Assembly (NCBI GenBank): GCA_002399235.1
Contig: DHDH01000001.1
Span: 24,594-88,593, forward strand
Source of the DNA: Firmicutes bacterium UBA4881
Lineage (GTDB): Bacteria > Bacillota > DTU065
Reading direction: 5' to 3'
DNA length: 64,000 bases
Part shown: positions 38,209 to 48,648 of the stretch, one piece after another
Layout of the letters: each line of letters begins with the position of its first letter
Position numbering within the stretch: position 1 is the first letter of the stretch
The notes under the pieces: generated by a model
What the model saw: the letters and a program-made list of their open reading frames with translations, nothing else
The model's database searches: none
What the model was told of the DNA's origin: nothing
Position numbers and translations under genes: made by a program

Positions 38209-39407
38209 TTATGCCTAGAAAACTTATTTTCTTCATTTTACTCTTACTTTTAACTAATTCATCGATAGCTCTCACTTTAGATGAAGCTTTTGAATTAGCT
38301 AAAAATGGTCCCGAGGGTATCGCTTTGCAAGCTGTGGTAAAGACTGATATCAGTTATTCTTTAGAATTAAACTCAAAGATTTCTTCAGATAATCTCTTAA
38401 CTTCGACAGAAATTAAAGGACTTGCGCAAATAAAATCTCTCAATTTATCTGGTACAGTAGACCTAAAAAACAAAAATGCTAATGCTCGTTTTAACCTACC
38501 TTTAGAGCTAATAAATTATAAGGCACTGTATAAACCTGACACTGACTTGTTATTAAGCCTTAGAAGTCGGGTAACTAATCTCTTCTTTAATATTCTAGAG
38601 AGTGATAACCAATTAGAGGCTAAACTATTAGCTTTAGAAATAGCGAAAGAAGAATACGAAAGAAGTAATCTTTACTTTGCCAGAGGTACTATCTCTTTTA
38701 AAGCCCTTTCTCAATCTTTAGAGGAAAAACAAAGAGCAGAAAATCAATTACAACAATTCATCAATACTTATAAAGATAACCAAAATGAACTAGCTTATCT
38801 CCTGGACTTAGTAGGAGTGCAGCCTCTTACCGATGACTATTCGCTAACTTTTAAACTTTTAGATGATCTGCCCTTAACCGAAAAAGAACAATCTGAACTC
38901 GATTACCCTATACTTGCAGCACAGCTTGAACTCGAACAGTTAAAGAAGCTACATTTCCCGCAACTAAGCCTAGAGGGAACTGGAAGTATAGGGCAAACAA
39001 ATAAATATTATGTAGGTCTATCCCTAAGATACCTTGTTTTGAGTAGTAATCAGAATGCTTTAAAAAGGAACGCTCAAGCAAAGCTAGAAAATGCTAAACT
39101 CGAACGAAATAAAAAAGAAAGAAACTTAATAAAAGAGAAAAACCGCCTGAAAAACGACTATAACAATGAGGTCTTAGCTTTAGAAGCCGCTAAACTCAGA
39201 TTAAAAGAAAATGAAGAATTTTATGAGTTAGCAAGCAAAGCGTATCAGGATGGTCTAATTTCGGATCTCGATCAAAAAAGAGCTTATTTAACTCTGTTGC
39301 AAGCTAGGGCTAATTACAAGTCTACCTACCACAAGTGTTTTAAACTGAAGCTAGCAATAGAAGGGGTTACCCTCTACCAGCAGGGTAATCTGGCAATAAC
39401 TATCTAA
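38205..39407 (+). CDS. TolC-like outer-membrane efflux protein
   Basis: Signal peptide MPRKLIFFILLLLLTNSSIA. Coiled-coil repeats. Overlaps the previous gene by 4 bp. Confidence 0.6.
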   Translation: MIMPRKLIFFILLLLLTNSSIALTLDEAFELAKNGPEGIALQAVVKTDISYSLELNSKISSDNLLTSTEIKGLAQIKSLNLSGTVDLKNKNANARFNLPLELINYKALYKPDTDLLLSLRSRVTNLFFNILESDNQLEAKLLALEIAKEEYERSNLYFARGTISFKALSQSLEEKQRAENQLQQFINTYKDNQNELAYLLDLVGVQPLTDDYSLTFKLLDDLPLTEKEQSELDYPILAAQLELEQLKKLHFPQLSLEGTGSIGQTNKYYVGLSLRYLVLSSNQNALKRNAQAKLENAKLERNKKERNLIKEKNRLKNDYNNEVLALEAAKLRLKENEEFYELASKAYQDGLISDLDQKRAYLTLLQARANYKSTYHKCFKLKLAIEGVTLYQQGNLAITI

Positions 39408-39643
39408 TTTTGGTTTAGGGTAATTCCAACTAAATTATATTAACTCAATTGAGTAGGAGGGGGTGTAACCACCGCCTCCTCTCTTTATGTAGCTCTAGGT
39501 CCTGGAAAGTGAGGTTCTGGACTTTACTTTTAGCAAGCTATTGATTATTTTTTTCAAAACTAAGAAGCTTTTTTAGTTTTTCCAAAGATAAAAACGCCAA
39601 AGCATTCATATCTATCTAGGAGAAAGTGTGAGGAGGGAGTAGT

Positions 39644-40786
39644 ATGAAGCTTTTGCGTTTTTTAGTTTTTGTTCTGCTTATGTTGTTTAGTGTTGTTGTT
39701 TTGGGTCCTGTACCAGATAACTACACCCTCGAATGTATTTCGCAGCCAACAACTGTTATTGATTTAAGCCCAACGTTAAAACAGAAACCGGTTATTGGTG
39801 CTTCAGCGGCTATTTTATATGAACCAAAGAGTAAAACAATTCTTTTTTCTAAAAAAGCTGAAACCGAAAGAGCTCCAGCTTCAACCACAAAAATTATGAC
39901 CGCCATTCTGACTTTAGAAAGGTGTGCTTTAGACGAGGTAGTAACTATTAGTAGAAAAGCTTCGAGAGTTGGTGGTTCACAAGTAGGACTAAAAGAAGGC
40001 GAAAAACATTCGGTAGAAGAACTCTTATGGAGTCTACTATTAGTTTCTGGTAACGATGCAGCTATAGCACTAGCTGAACATATAGCTGGTTCGGTAGAGA
40101 AATTTGCTATTTATATGAATACAAGAGCCAGAGAGTTAGGCTGCCAAAATACTAATTTCGTTAATCCTCATGGACTGTCTGCACCTGGTCATTATAGCTC
40201 AGTTTATGATTTAGCACTCATAACCGCTCATGCTCTCCAGTATCCTTTCTTTCAAGAGATGGTATCAGCAAAAGAAAAAGAGATTCCTTGGAGCCAATCT
40301 TGGGATCGCTATTTGAAAAATACCAATAAACTATTATGGATCTTAGAAGGTGCAGATGGAGTAAAGACAGGTACGACTAATTTAGCTGGTGCTTGCTTAG
40401 TATCATCAGCTTCTAAAGATGGTAGACAATTAATTGCTGTTGTTTTAAATAGTAGGGATCGTTGGGTTGAATCAGCAAGGTTATTAAAATGGGGCTTCGA
40501 TAATTTTGCTTGCCAGTTAGTTATAGGAAAGACAGAGACGATTCCCGATGTTTATGTCAATAATGGTAAGTATTTTGCTGTAGGTAATACCAATAAAGAT
40601 ATTTATGTCACGATCCCTAAAGGAGTTCAGCCGATTATAAAATTTCACCCCTATGAGCTACATGCTCCTGTTTTAAAAGAGCAGATAATAGGTGTTCTGG
40701 AGGTAGGACCAATACTAGGGCAAACTAGTAAACAACCTGTATATTCATCTTTCAAGGTCGGGAAAAAGAATTTCTTTCGTAAGTAA
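39644..40786 (+). CDS. dacB: D-alanyl-D-alanine carboxypeptidase (PBP5/DacB family, sporulation-type)
   Basis: SxxK (ASTTKIMT), SxN (LVSGNDAA) and KTG (VKTGTT) motifs. Signal peptide. C-terminal PBP5 domain. Confidence 0.85.
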   Translation: MKLLRFLVFVLLMLFSVVVLGPVPDNYTLECISQPTTVIDLSPTLKQKPVIGASAAILYEPKSKTILFSKKAETERAPASTTKIMTAILTLERCALDEVVTISRKASRVGGSQVGLKEGEKHSVEELLWSLLLVSGNDAAIALAEHIAGSVEKFAIYMNTRARELGCQNTNFVNPHGLSAPGHYSSVYDLALITAHALQYPFFQEMVSAKEKEIPWSQSWDRYLKNTNKLLWILEGADGVKTGTTNLAGACLVSSASKDGRQLIAVVLNSRDRWVESARLLKWGFDNFACQLVIGKTETIPDVYVNNGKYFAVGNTNKDIYVTIPKGVQPIIKFHPYELHAPVLKEQIIGVLEVGPILGQTSKQPVYSSFKVGKKNFFRK

Positions 40787-40885
40787 TACGTTTGTTAATT
40801 AGGAGCTTTCTTTACCGAGTTTATTAACTAAATCTTTGCTATAATAATAATGACAATAATTGATTATAAGGATGGCTTAAAGCAT

Positions 40886-43312
40886 ATGGCAATAAAAAAT
40901 ATAGAGCTCTTAGCTCCTGTGGGAGATTTTGATAGTTTATATGCTGCAATAGCTAGCGGCGCTAATGCTGTTTATTTAGGTGGCAAAGCTTTTAGCGCTA
41001 GAGCTTCAGCAGCCAATTTTAATAACGAAGAACTTATTGAGGTTGTTAATTACTGTAAACTACGCCAGGTTAAGGTCTATGTGACAGTAAATACATTAAT
41101 AAAAGACAAAGAACTCGCTAGTGCCAATGATTTCCTGGCCTTTCTCAATAAAATTGGTGTGGACGGGGTAATCGTTCAAGATTTAGGTCTTTGGTTATTA
41201 GCAGAGAAATATCTTGGTTTAGAAAAACACGTGTCTACTCAGATGACTCTCCACAACACATCAGCGGTAGAAATGCTCCAAAAAGCAGAGGCTTACCGAG
41301 TGGTGTTGTCGCGTGAACTTAGTCTAGAAGAAGTCGCAGCTATTAAAAATAAAACAGGTATTAGCCTCGAAGTATTTGGCCATGGGGCTCTCTGTTTTAG
41401 CTATAGTGGACAATGTTTAATGAGTAGCCTACTTGGTGAGAGAAGTGGTAACAGGGGGCGGTGTGCTCAACCTTGCCGCTTGAACTACTCACTTCTAGAT
41501 CAATTTGGTGAAAGATATACCTCTATAGGACCGTATCTACTTAGCCCTAAAGATCTGCGTACCGGTCTTGATTTATCTAAATTGGAAGGAGTAGTTGACT
41601 CCTTAAAGTTAGAAGGAAGACTAAAAAAACCAGAATATGTAGCTACTATAACTCGTACCTATAGAGCGTTATTAGATGGTTCAATTAACCTTCAAGAAGC
41701 AGAGAAAACTTTACGTGAGGTTTTTAACCGAGACTTTACCAAAGGTTATCTTTTCGGTGAGAGAGGGCGCCAAATTATGGGCCATCAAAGGCCTAATATG
41801 CGAGGGCTTTTTCTCGGTCAGATAACTAAATCGACAGGAGATTCCATCACTATCAAGCTGCAGCAACAACTTAATAAAGGTGATGGTATCGAAGTCTGGT
41901 TAGAAGCAGAAAACAGTATTGGTACAGTCGTTGGGGAAATTGTTAAAGATGGTTATAAAATAGAGAGTGCTAACCCAAACGATTTAGTAACTATACCCTT
42001 AAGAAAATTGGTGCCAGTAGGAGCAAAAGTTTATAAGACTAAAGCCAAAGAGTTAATCTCTTTAGCTCAAAGCACTTATCGATCAGAACGTGAATATCGT
42101 AAGCAACCACTAGACTTTTTTGTCAAAGCAAAAATTGGGTCTGAATTTTCCATAGTAGTTACAAACAACTATGGAGTAACAGGTCAAGGTATTAGTGAGC
42201 ATCTCTTAGAGAAAGCCCAAAAAAGGCCTTTGAGTTTTGAGGTACTAAAAGAACAACTGAACAGGTTAGGGAACACCCCTTACAATTTAGCAAATCTAGA
42301 AGTTGAGTTAGACCATAATGTGATGGTACCTTTCAGTGTAATTAACGAAACTAGAAGGATAGCTATTGATGATTTAGAGGCTAAGCTCATAGCTAGAAGT
42401 AGACGTGAACCGGTAATAGTTGATTTGCCTGAACCATCTATAGCTAAAAAAAGACCGTCTTTATTAATTGCTGAGGTAGCAACTCCTAACCTCTTTAAGA
42501 AAGCTCTCAAGGCTAAACCAGATCTTATTTACATCTCTGGAGAACGCTTGCAAAGAAATGGCTTTACCTACAAGTCTTTAGAGGAAGCGAGAATTGCTTG
42601 CCAAGCCGAGGGCATTCCTTGTTATTATGTTTTCCCCCGAATAATGCACGATAACGAACTAAAAAGAGAAGGTAGTTTTATTGCTACGCAAAAATTCGAT
42701 GGTTATGTAGTTGGCAATCTAGGTGCTTTTTCATTGCTTAAGCCCCAAGATAAGATCGTTTTTGATTGGGGTTTAAATATCATGAATTATCTAGCAGCTG
42801 AGTTTTTGCTTACCTATGCTGGCGATTTCTGCTGGGAGAGGTTTACAGCTTCCCTAGAACTAGAAAAAACAGAGTTGGCAGAATTAGCTGAGAAAATACC
42901 TCTGGAAGTGGTTGTTCACGGAAATCTACCCCTCATGATCAGTAAAAATTGTATTATTGGTACCACCAGAGGGGAAGGAACCTGTTCTCGTTGCAGTAGA
43001 TTTTGCGAAGAAAAAGATTATTATCTTGAAGATAGATTAAAGTATCGTTTTCCCCTTTTTAGTGATAGAGATGGTAGAAGCCATATCTATAATTCGCGTG
43101 ATCTTTGCTTAATTGATGAAGTTAGTAAGATAAAGGAATTCGCTTCGGTTAGATTGATGTTCTCTATAGAGGACGAGCCAGTTACCGAAATCATAGATGC
43201 GTATAAATTAGTCAGGGAACAAACCCTGGATGCCTCTACTCTGAAAGAAAGACTATTAGCTATTAGTCCAAGACCCTTTACCACGGGGCACTATTTCAGG
43301 GGGGTTGAATAG
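40886..43312 (+). CDS. peptidase U32 family protein (collagenase-like) with C-terminal extension
   Basis: MAIKNIELLAPVGDFDSLYAAIASGANAVYLGG matches the canonical U32 N-terminus. ATG 40886 is 9 nt after AAGGATGG. The ORF-track start 40850 lacks an RBS but cannot be excluded. Confidence 0.75.
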   Translation: MAIKNIELLAPVGDFDSLYAAIASGANAVYLGGKAFSARASAANFNNEELIEVVNYCKLRQVKVYVTVNTLIKDKELASANDFLAFLNKIGVDGVIVQDLGLWLLAEKYLGLEKHVSTQMTLHNTSAVEMLQKAEAYRVVLSRELSLEEVAAIKNKTGISLEVFGHGALCFSYSGQCLMSSLLGERSGNRGRCAQPCRLNYSLLDQFGERYTSIGPYLLSPKDLRTGLDLSKLEGVVDSLKLEGRLKKPEYVATITRTYRALLDGSINLQEAEKTLREVFNRDFTKGYLFGERGRQIMGHQRPNMRGLFLGQITKSTGDSITIKLQQQLNKGDGIEVWLEAENSIGTVVGEIVKDGYKIESANPNDLVTIPLRKLVPVGAKVYKTKAKELISLAQSTYRSEREYRKQPLDFFVKAKIGSEFSIVVTNNYGVTGQGISEHLLEKAQKRPLSFEVLKEQLNRLGNTPYNLANLEVELDHNVMVPFSVINETRRIAIDDLEAKLIARSRREPVIVDLPEPSIAKKRPSLLIAEVATPNLFKKALKAKPDLIYISGERLQRNGFTYKSLEEARIACQAEGIPCYYVFPRIMHDNELKREGSFIATQKFDGYVVGNLGAFSLLKPQDKIVFDWGLNIMNYLAAEFLLTYAGDFCWERFTASLELEKTELAELAEKIPLEVVVHGNLPLMISKNCIIGTTRGEGTCSRCSRFCEEKDYYLEDRLKYRFPLFSDRDGRSHIYNSRDLCLIDEVSKIKEFASVRLMFSIEDEPVTEIIDAYKLVREQTLDASTLKERLLAISPRPFTTGHYFRGVE

Positions 43313-43325
43313 GAGAGAGCTAGAT

Positions 43326-45650
43326 ATGGAAGAAAAAACGTTGAAGCTTCTTGAATATCCCAAGATAATTAGCGAGTTAGCTGATTTAGCAGCTACAACA
43401 ATTGGTAAGGAAATAACTTTAGCCATCAAACCTTACACCCAGTTTATGAGGGTAAAGCATGAGCTACGGGAGACTAGTGAAGCTTATGCTATGTTGAATT
43501 TAGCTAAAGAACCATCATTTGGTGGGGTAAGAGATATTAGGCAAGCAATAGCATTAGCCGAAAAAGGAGCTACCTTAGAAGGTATTGATCTTTTGGCTAT
43601 CGCTGATACACTAAGAGCTACTCTCAAGATGACTCAGTATCTTGATGGTTGTGGTTATCCCTGGCTAGAACAGTTAGGTTTTCGCTTATCCCCTTTACCT
43701 TTTCTTTATCGGGCGATTGAGGAAACCTTTGACGATCAAGGCGAAGTTATCGATACAGCTTCAGCAGAGTTAGAGAAAATACGAAAAGAATTACGTATTG
43801 CCACCAATCGTTTAGAAGAAAAAATGAACAGTATGATTCGTTCTGCTGAGTTTAGAAAATATTTACAAGATCCAATTATTACTAGGCGGGGAGAACGAAT
43901 GGTTATCCCCGTAAAACAAGAATTTAGAGGTATGGTACCCGGGATTATTCATGATCAATCTGCTAGTGGTGCTACACTCTTCATTGAACCGGCAGCTGTT
44001 GTGGAACTAAACAATAATATTAGAATTTTAAAAGAGCAAGAATTTGAAGAGGTCCAGCGAATCTTAAAAGAACTTTCCTGGCAAGTAGGCGATAACAAAG
44101 ATAAATTAATGCTTAACATTGAGACACTTGGCAGATTAGATTTTGCTTTTGCTAAGGCCCGGTATGCACTCAAATTAAAGGCTACAGAGCCCGAGATTAC
44201 AGAAGGTGGCTATTTCCAGGTTGATAAAGCTAGACACCCCTTAATTAAGGGAAACGTAGTACCTATCGACTTTACGTTAGGTCGCGATTTTCATACGATT
44301 GTAGTTACTGGGCCTAATACTGGTGGTAAAACAGTGACTCTCAAGACCATTGGGTTAATGGTTTTAATGGCTCAGTCAGGTTTATATATCCCTGCTAGAG
44401 AAGGGTCTAAGTTGGCTTTCCGTACAGCTGTTTATGCTGATATTGGTGATGAGCAAAGTATTGAGCAAAGTCTTAGTACTTTTTCTTCTCATCTAACTAA
44501 CATCATTGCTATCTTAAATAAAGCTGATGCTTCTTCTTTAGCTTTATTTGATGAACTAGGAGCAGGTACGGATCCTCAAGAAGGTGCTGCTTTAGCTATG
44601 GCCATTCTTACCGAACTTCATAATCGAGGCGTTTATACTGTGGCCACCACTCACTACTCTGACTTGAAATCATTTGCTTACCTTACAGAGGGTGTAGAAA
44701 ATGCTTCTGTAGAGTTTGACCCCGAAACACTCAGCCCTACCTATAGATTATTGATTGGTATACCAGGTAGAAGTAATGCTTTAAATATCGCTTCCCGTTT
44801 AGGTTTGGATAAAAAGATAATAGATTATGCTCGTTCCAAAGTAAGTACAGAAACCATAGAAGCTGGAGCTCTTATTGAAAGACTAGAAGAAAATAGACGG
44901 ATTAGCGAAGAATATAGAGAAGAAACCCAAAGACTTAAAGAAGAAGCGGCTAAATTAAAAAGTCAGTACGAAAAAGCCAAAAAGGATCTGGAAAATGAGA
45001 GACAAGAACTCGTAAAGAAAAACGCTAGCCAGGTTCTAGCTGAGATTGAGAAAAATAAGAAAGAACTAGAACAACTTATCGCAGAAATTAGAGAAAGCAA
45101 GTCTTTAGATGATGCCAAAGAACTGAGACGGTTAGTGGAGGAAGAAGAGAAAAAAAGAAAAGATCAGGTTTTTGAAGCTGAGAAGAAAAGACGTTCACTT
45201 AAACCACGGGAAGAACTTGTAGAGGGACAGCAGGTCCTGTTAAGGCAATCAAATCTTCCCGCTGTTATCTTACAAATAGAAGGTAATAAAGCTTTAGTAC
45301 AAGCAGGTATCATGAAAATAAATGTGCCACTTGTTGATCTCGAGCCAATGGAGAAAGAAGTTGAGAAAAAGCCAAGTATTTCGCGCTATAATTTAGGAAA
45401 AGCGACCATTGGTATTGAACTCAATGTAATTGGTAAGACCGTAGACGAAGCTATTGATGATATTGATCGCTATTTAGATTCAGCAATTTTAGCAGGACTC
45501 GCCTCGGTACGTATTATCCACGGTAAAGGTACAGGAGCACTGAGAAAAGGGATTCAGGAGTTTCTTCGCAGTCATCCGAGTGTCAAAGGGTTTAGAGATG
45601 GCGGCCAGGGTGAGGGCGGGATTGGTGCTACAGTTGTAGATTTACAGTAG
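43326..45650 (+). CDS. mutS2: endonuclease MutS2 (MutS domain plus C-terminal Smr)
   Basis: Walker A GPNTGGKTVTLK, ABC signature region, long coiled-coil linker, and a C-terminal Smr domain (..RIIHGKGTGALRKGI..). Start ATG 43326 after AGGAGAG, just past the U32 stop. Confidence 0.85.
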   Translation: MEEKTLKLLEYPKIISELADLAATTIGKEITLAIKPYTQFMRVKHELRETSEAYAMLNLAKEPSFGGVRDIRQAIALAEKGATLEGIDLLAIADTLRATLKMTQYLDGCGYPWLEQLGFRLSPLPFLYRAIEETFDDQGEVIDTASAELEKIRKELRIATNRLEEKMNSMIRSAEFRKYLQDPIITRRGERMVIPVKQEFRGMVPGIIHDQSASGATLFIEPAAVVELNNNIRILKEQEFEEVQRILKELSWQVGDNKDKLMLNIETLGRLDFAFAKARYALKLKATEPEITEGGYFQVDKARHPLIKGNVVPIDFTLGRDFHTIVVTGPNTGGKTVTLKTIGLMVLMAQSGLYIPAREGSKLAFRTAVYADIGDEQSIEQSLSTFSSHLTNIIAILNKADASSLALFDELGAGTDPQEGAALAMAILTELHNRGVYTVATTHYSDLKSFAYLTEGVENASVEFDPETLSPTYRLLIGIPGRSNALNIASRLGLDKKIIDYARSKVSTETIEAGALIERLEENRRISEEYREETQRLKEEAAKLKSQYEKAKKDLENERQELVKKNASQVLAEIEKNKKELEQLIAEIRESKSLDDAKELRRLVEEEEKKRKDQVFEAEKKRRSLKPREELVEGQQVLLRQSNLPAVILQIEGNKALVQAGIMKINVPLVDLEPMEKEVEKKPSISRYNLGKATIGIELNVIGKTVDEAIDDIDRYLDSAILAGLASVRIIHGKGTGALRKGIQEFLRSHPSVKGFRDGGQGEGGIGATVVDLQ

Positions 45651-45767
45651 AAAAATTAAGACCTTCTACCTAAAGGTTAATTAAAATAATCTTTGGTAGG
45701 AGGTTTTTCTTTTAAAACCACTAACATAATGTTAGATTTTATACAAATTAATAATGGAGGTGCAGAA

Positions 45768-48524
45768 ATGCACTTAAAAAAGAAAAGGATCTGGTTAATT
45801 CTAACCATCTTGCTCCTAGTGCTCAAGGGTGAGGCTTTTCCTTTAACAAAAGAGGAGAAGATTGCAGATTGGCAATTTTATTGCCAGACAATACTTGCGA
45901 ATTACCCTTATTTTGAGGTTAATGCTCGCGTGACAGGACGAGATTGGCGAGATAGTTTACAAGAACTTAAAAAAAGAGTCCTAGAGAGTGAAGATGATCT
46001 TAGTTTTTATGAGGCTATTCAGTATGCTACAGCAACCCTGCAAAACGGTCATACTCACATTATTCGGCCGGAAAGCTATGCTAATTATGCTAGTTCTTAC
46101 GCTGGTGTTAAACGCTGGGAAGACGCTTTCACAGCTGAGGTCAAAACAGCTTATGACTATTGGCAAGAGGTTGTAAATGGTAACAATGAATTTTACGCTT
46201 TTGATATTCGCTATGTTGCCGGAAGCTATATAGTTACTCGTGTAGGTGAAGAGATAAAGGATTTACCAATAGCAGCGGAAGTTTTAGCTATAGGTGGTCA
46301 GAATGTTGATGACTATGTCTTAGAGAAGGTAAAAACTACACAGATTCTCCTAGATCCAATTAAGGGCAAGCGATATGTAAATAATCTTTCTTTGCCTGAG
46401 GGTGCAATCAAACTAACAATTAAAAAGGATAACAAAATTCAAGATGTTGTGGTAGAAACAATAACCAACATAGAACCAGTAGCAAATTATACAAGGCCAG
46501 CTACAACAACTGATATATTAGAATCAGATAAGATTGCCTATGTGAAAATTCCTTCATTAAGCGGATCTTTAATAGACAACGATAAGGAAATGTTACTTTC
46601 TTTTTTTCAAGAGATCAAAGACTATCCTTATTTAATTATTGATATTAGGGGTAATGGTGGGGGCTCCGATTATTACTGGATGAATAATATCATGGCGCCT
46701 TTAATAGATGAACCAGTTGTTGTTCAAACCTACACGGCTCATCGTAAAGCTCCTTTTATTCGTTCTTTCTACAATGCCCGCCTTGGTTTAGCTAATAATA
46801 TTTTTAGACGTTCCAAAGCAGTTTTAGAAAGCTTACCGAATTTACCTTCTGAGGTCCTTACTAATGATTTTGCTGATCCCATGGAATTTAAATATACGAT
46901 AAAACCGAAAAACAGTGTAGGCTATCAGGGACAAATCATTTTGTTAGTAGATGGAGGAGTTTATTCAGCAGCGGAAACCTTTGCTATGGTAGCTAAACAT
47001 TCTGGTTTTGCTTATCTTGTGGGCACGAGAACAGGTGGTGATGGGCCTGGTATCGATCCTGTGTTTTTTTCCTTGCCCCATAGTAAATTAGTGATTCGCA
47101 TGGCAGAAAGTATAGGCCTAAACCCAAATGGTGCTGCTAATGAAGAAGAACACACCTTACCTCACCTTTGGGTTGCTCCTGAACCAGAGTATTACATTGC
47201 CTCACTTACGTCACAGAATGGTTATGATAGAGATAGACAATTAAAAACCGTTCTAGAGCTAATTGCTACAGATAATTTAATAGCAAATAAGATAGCAGCC
47301 AATAAAGAACAGGTGCCTTCTATAATGGAGCATCTTTTCAGTGGGGTTAATAGTAGTACAGATCAGGAACTTAGTCAATTCCAGGGTAAAACCATCTCGG
47401 AGGTACGCATTTACGGAGCTTATGCGACTAATTATGCTAAGCTAGAGAAACTAATTGATCTAAAACCAGGGGAAACGGTAAAAGTAAAAAAATTACGTAT
47501 GTTAGAAGATAGATTAAATGCCACAGGTGCTTATGCCCAAGCAGCCATTAATTTAAGCGAAGAAAGTAAAGGGGAAGTAATTGTTAAGATTCAGGTAAAG
47601 GAAGGTTTTCTTTTCTTTCTTACGCCTTATGATGCCTTCACGACTGTTATGTCTGATATTACTAGTAAGAGTCTTACGGGCAAGATTTATAATATAAATG
47701 GTGGTTTGCATAACTTTTCTATTACAGCCTCTATTCCTAATGAGCGACTAGAACTTAGTTGGGAAACACCTCTTATTTTCACTAATACCTATCAAACTAG
47801 TGTAGCTGTAGGTAGCTTGAAATATGGTAATCTAGTAACTACAGGATCAGAAAAAGGAAGAGGTTATCTTTTAAGAGACAATTATTTGCGTGCTGATATT
47901 TCTTTAGGAGTAGCACCTGCTACGAGAATTTATTTGCAGACAGCTTATTTTCAGGATACTTACCTTGAGACAGACACCCTCTCGCCTCATGGCCTGAAAA
48001 ATGGTGATTACTATGAAGTTGCTTTAGGGATCAACCAAACAATAAGAAACTTTTATACACTCCAAACTATACATCAATTAAATTCTTCTTTAACACTGGT
48101 TGGAGCAGGGAAGGAACTAGGGTATCGGCTAAGCACTGGCCTGCGTTCATATTTCCAAGTCGGGGATAAACTTAGGTTTACAATTAAACTAAATACTGGT
48201 TTAGCTGAAACAGTTCCTTATCAAAGACTGTACCAGATCAGTAGCAACTCCTTACCAGCCTACACTGGCATTACTATGCAAAAATTTGTCTTAGCAGGGC
48301 TAGAGAATACTATTTATCCAATAAAAGATATCTCTCTCGTTATTGGTTTATCAGGATTATATGGTAAAGAAGGGTTAGACGCTAGTATTAATAATGCTTA
48401 TCTTTCTTTATACGGAGCTCTACGGTATAGGTTGCCGTTTGGTTTACCGCTAGGTGTAGTTTATGGCTATGATCCTTTAAGCGGTGTTAGCAGAATTAAC
48501 TTTGGTATTAGTAATGAATTTTAA
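45768..48524 (+). CDS. S41-family peptidase fused to a POTRA domain and a C-terminal outer-membrane β-barrel
   Basis: ATG 45768 after AATGGAGGTG. Signal peptide. S41 motifs IIDIRGNGGG and GGVYSAAETFA. POTRA-like segment (ISEVRIYGAYATNYAKLEKLIDLKPGETVKV..). About 300 aa of alternating β pattern ending ..RINFGISNEF with a terminal Phe. Confidence 0.6.
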   Translation: MHLKKKRIWLILTILLLVLKGEAFPLTKEEKIADWQFYCQTILANYPYFEVNARVTGRDWRDSLQELKKRVLESEDDLSFYEAIQYATATLQNGHTHIIRPESYANYASSYAGVKRWEDAFTAEVKTAYDYWQEVVNGNNEFYAFDIRYVAGSYIVTRVGEEIKDLPIAAEVLAIGGQNVDDYVLEKVKTTQILLDPIKGKRYVNNLSLPEGAIKLTIKKDNKIQDVVVETITNIEPVANYTRPATTTDILESDKIAYVKIPSLSGSLIDNDKEMLLSFFQEIKDYPYLIIDIRGNGGGSDYYWMNNIMAPLIDEPVVVQTYTAHRKAPFIRSFYNARLGLANNIFRRSKAVLESLPNLPSEVLTNDFADPMEFKYTIKPKNSVGYQGQIILLVDGGVYSAAETFAMVAKHSGFAYLVGTRTGGDGPGIDPVFFSLPHSKLVIRMAESIGLNPNGAANEEEHTLPHLWVAPEPEYYIASLTSQNGYDRDRQLKTVLELIATDNLIANKIAANKEQVPSIMEHLFSGVNSSTDQELSQFQGKTISEVRIYGAYATNYAKLEKLIDLKPGETVKVKKLRMLEDRLNATGAYAQAAINLSEESKGEVIVKIQVKEGFLFFLTPYDAFTTVMSDITSKSLTGKIYNINGGLHNFSITASIPNERLELSWETPLIFTNTYQTSVAVGSLKYGNLVTTGSEKGRGYLLRDNYLRADISLGVAPATRIYLQTAYFQDTYLETDTLSPHGLKNGDYYEVALGINQTIRNFYTLQTIHQLNSSLTLVGAGKELGYRLSTGLRSYFQVGDKLRFTIKLNTGLAETVPYQRLYQISSNSLPAYTGITMQKFVLAGLENTIYPIKDISLVIGLSGLYGKEGLDASINNAYLSLYGALRYRLPFGLPLGVVYGYDPLSGVSRINFGISNEF

Positions 48525-48589
48525 TGGCTTTAAGTTAGTTATATTATCCTACTTAGCACTAAAATTAGACTTAATAAGTTTTCCAAAGA

Positions 48590-48640
48590 CTAAAAATAAA
48601 AACACCTGCAACTTTTGCTTTGAGCTGCAGGTGTTTTGCT
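48590..48640. terminator. bidirectional stem-loop terminator
   Basis: ACACCTGCA..TGCAGGTGT stem. T-runs on both strands, stronger on the minus strand (TTTTATTTTTAG). Confidence 0.6.
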
Positions 48641-48648
48641 AATAGTTT

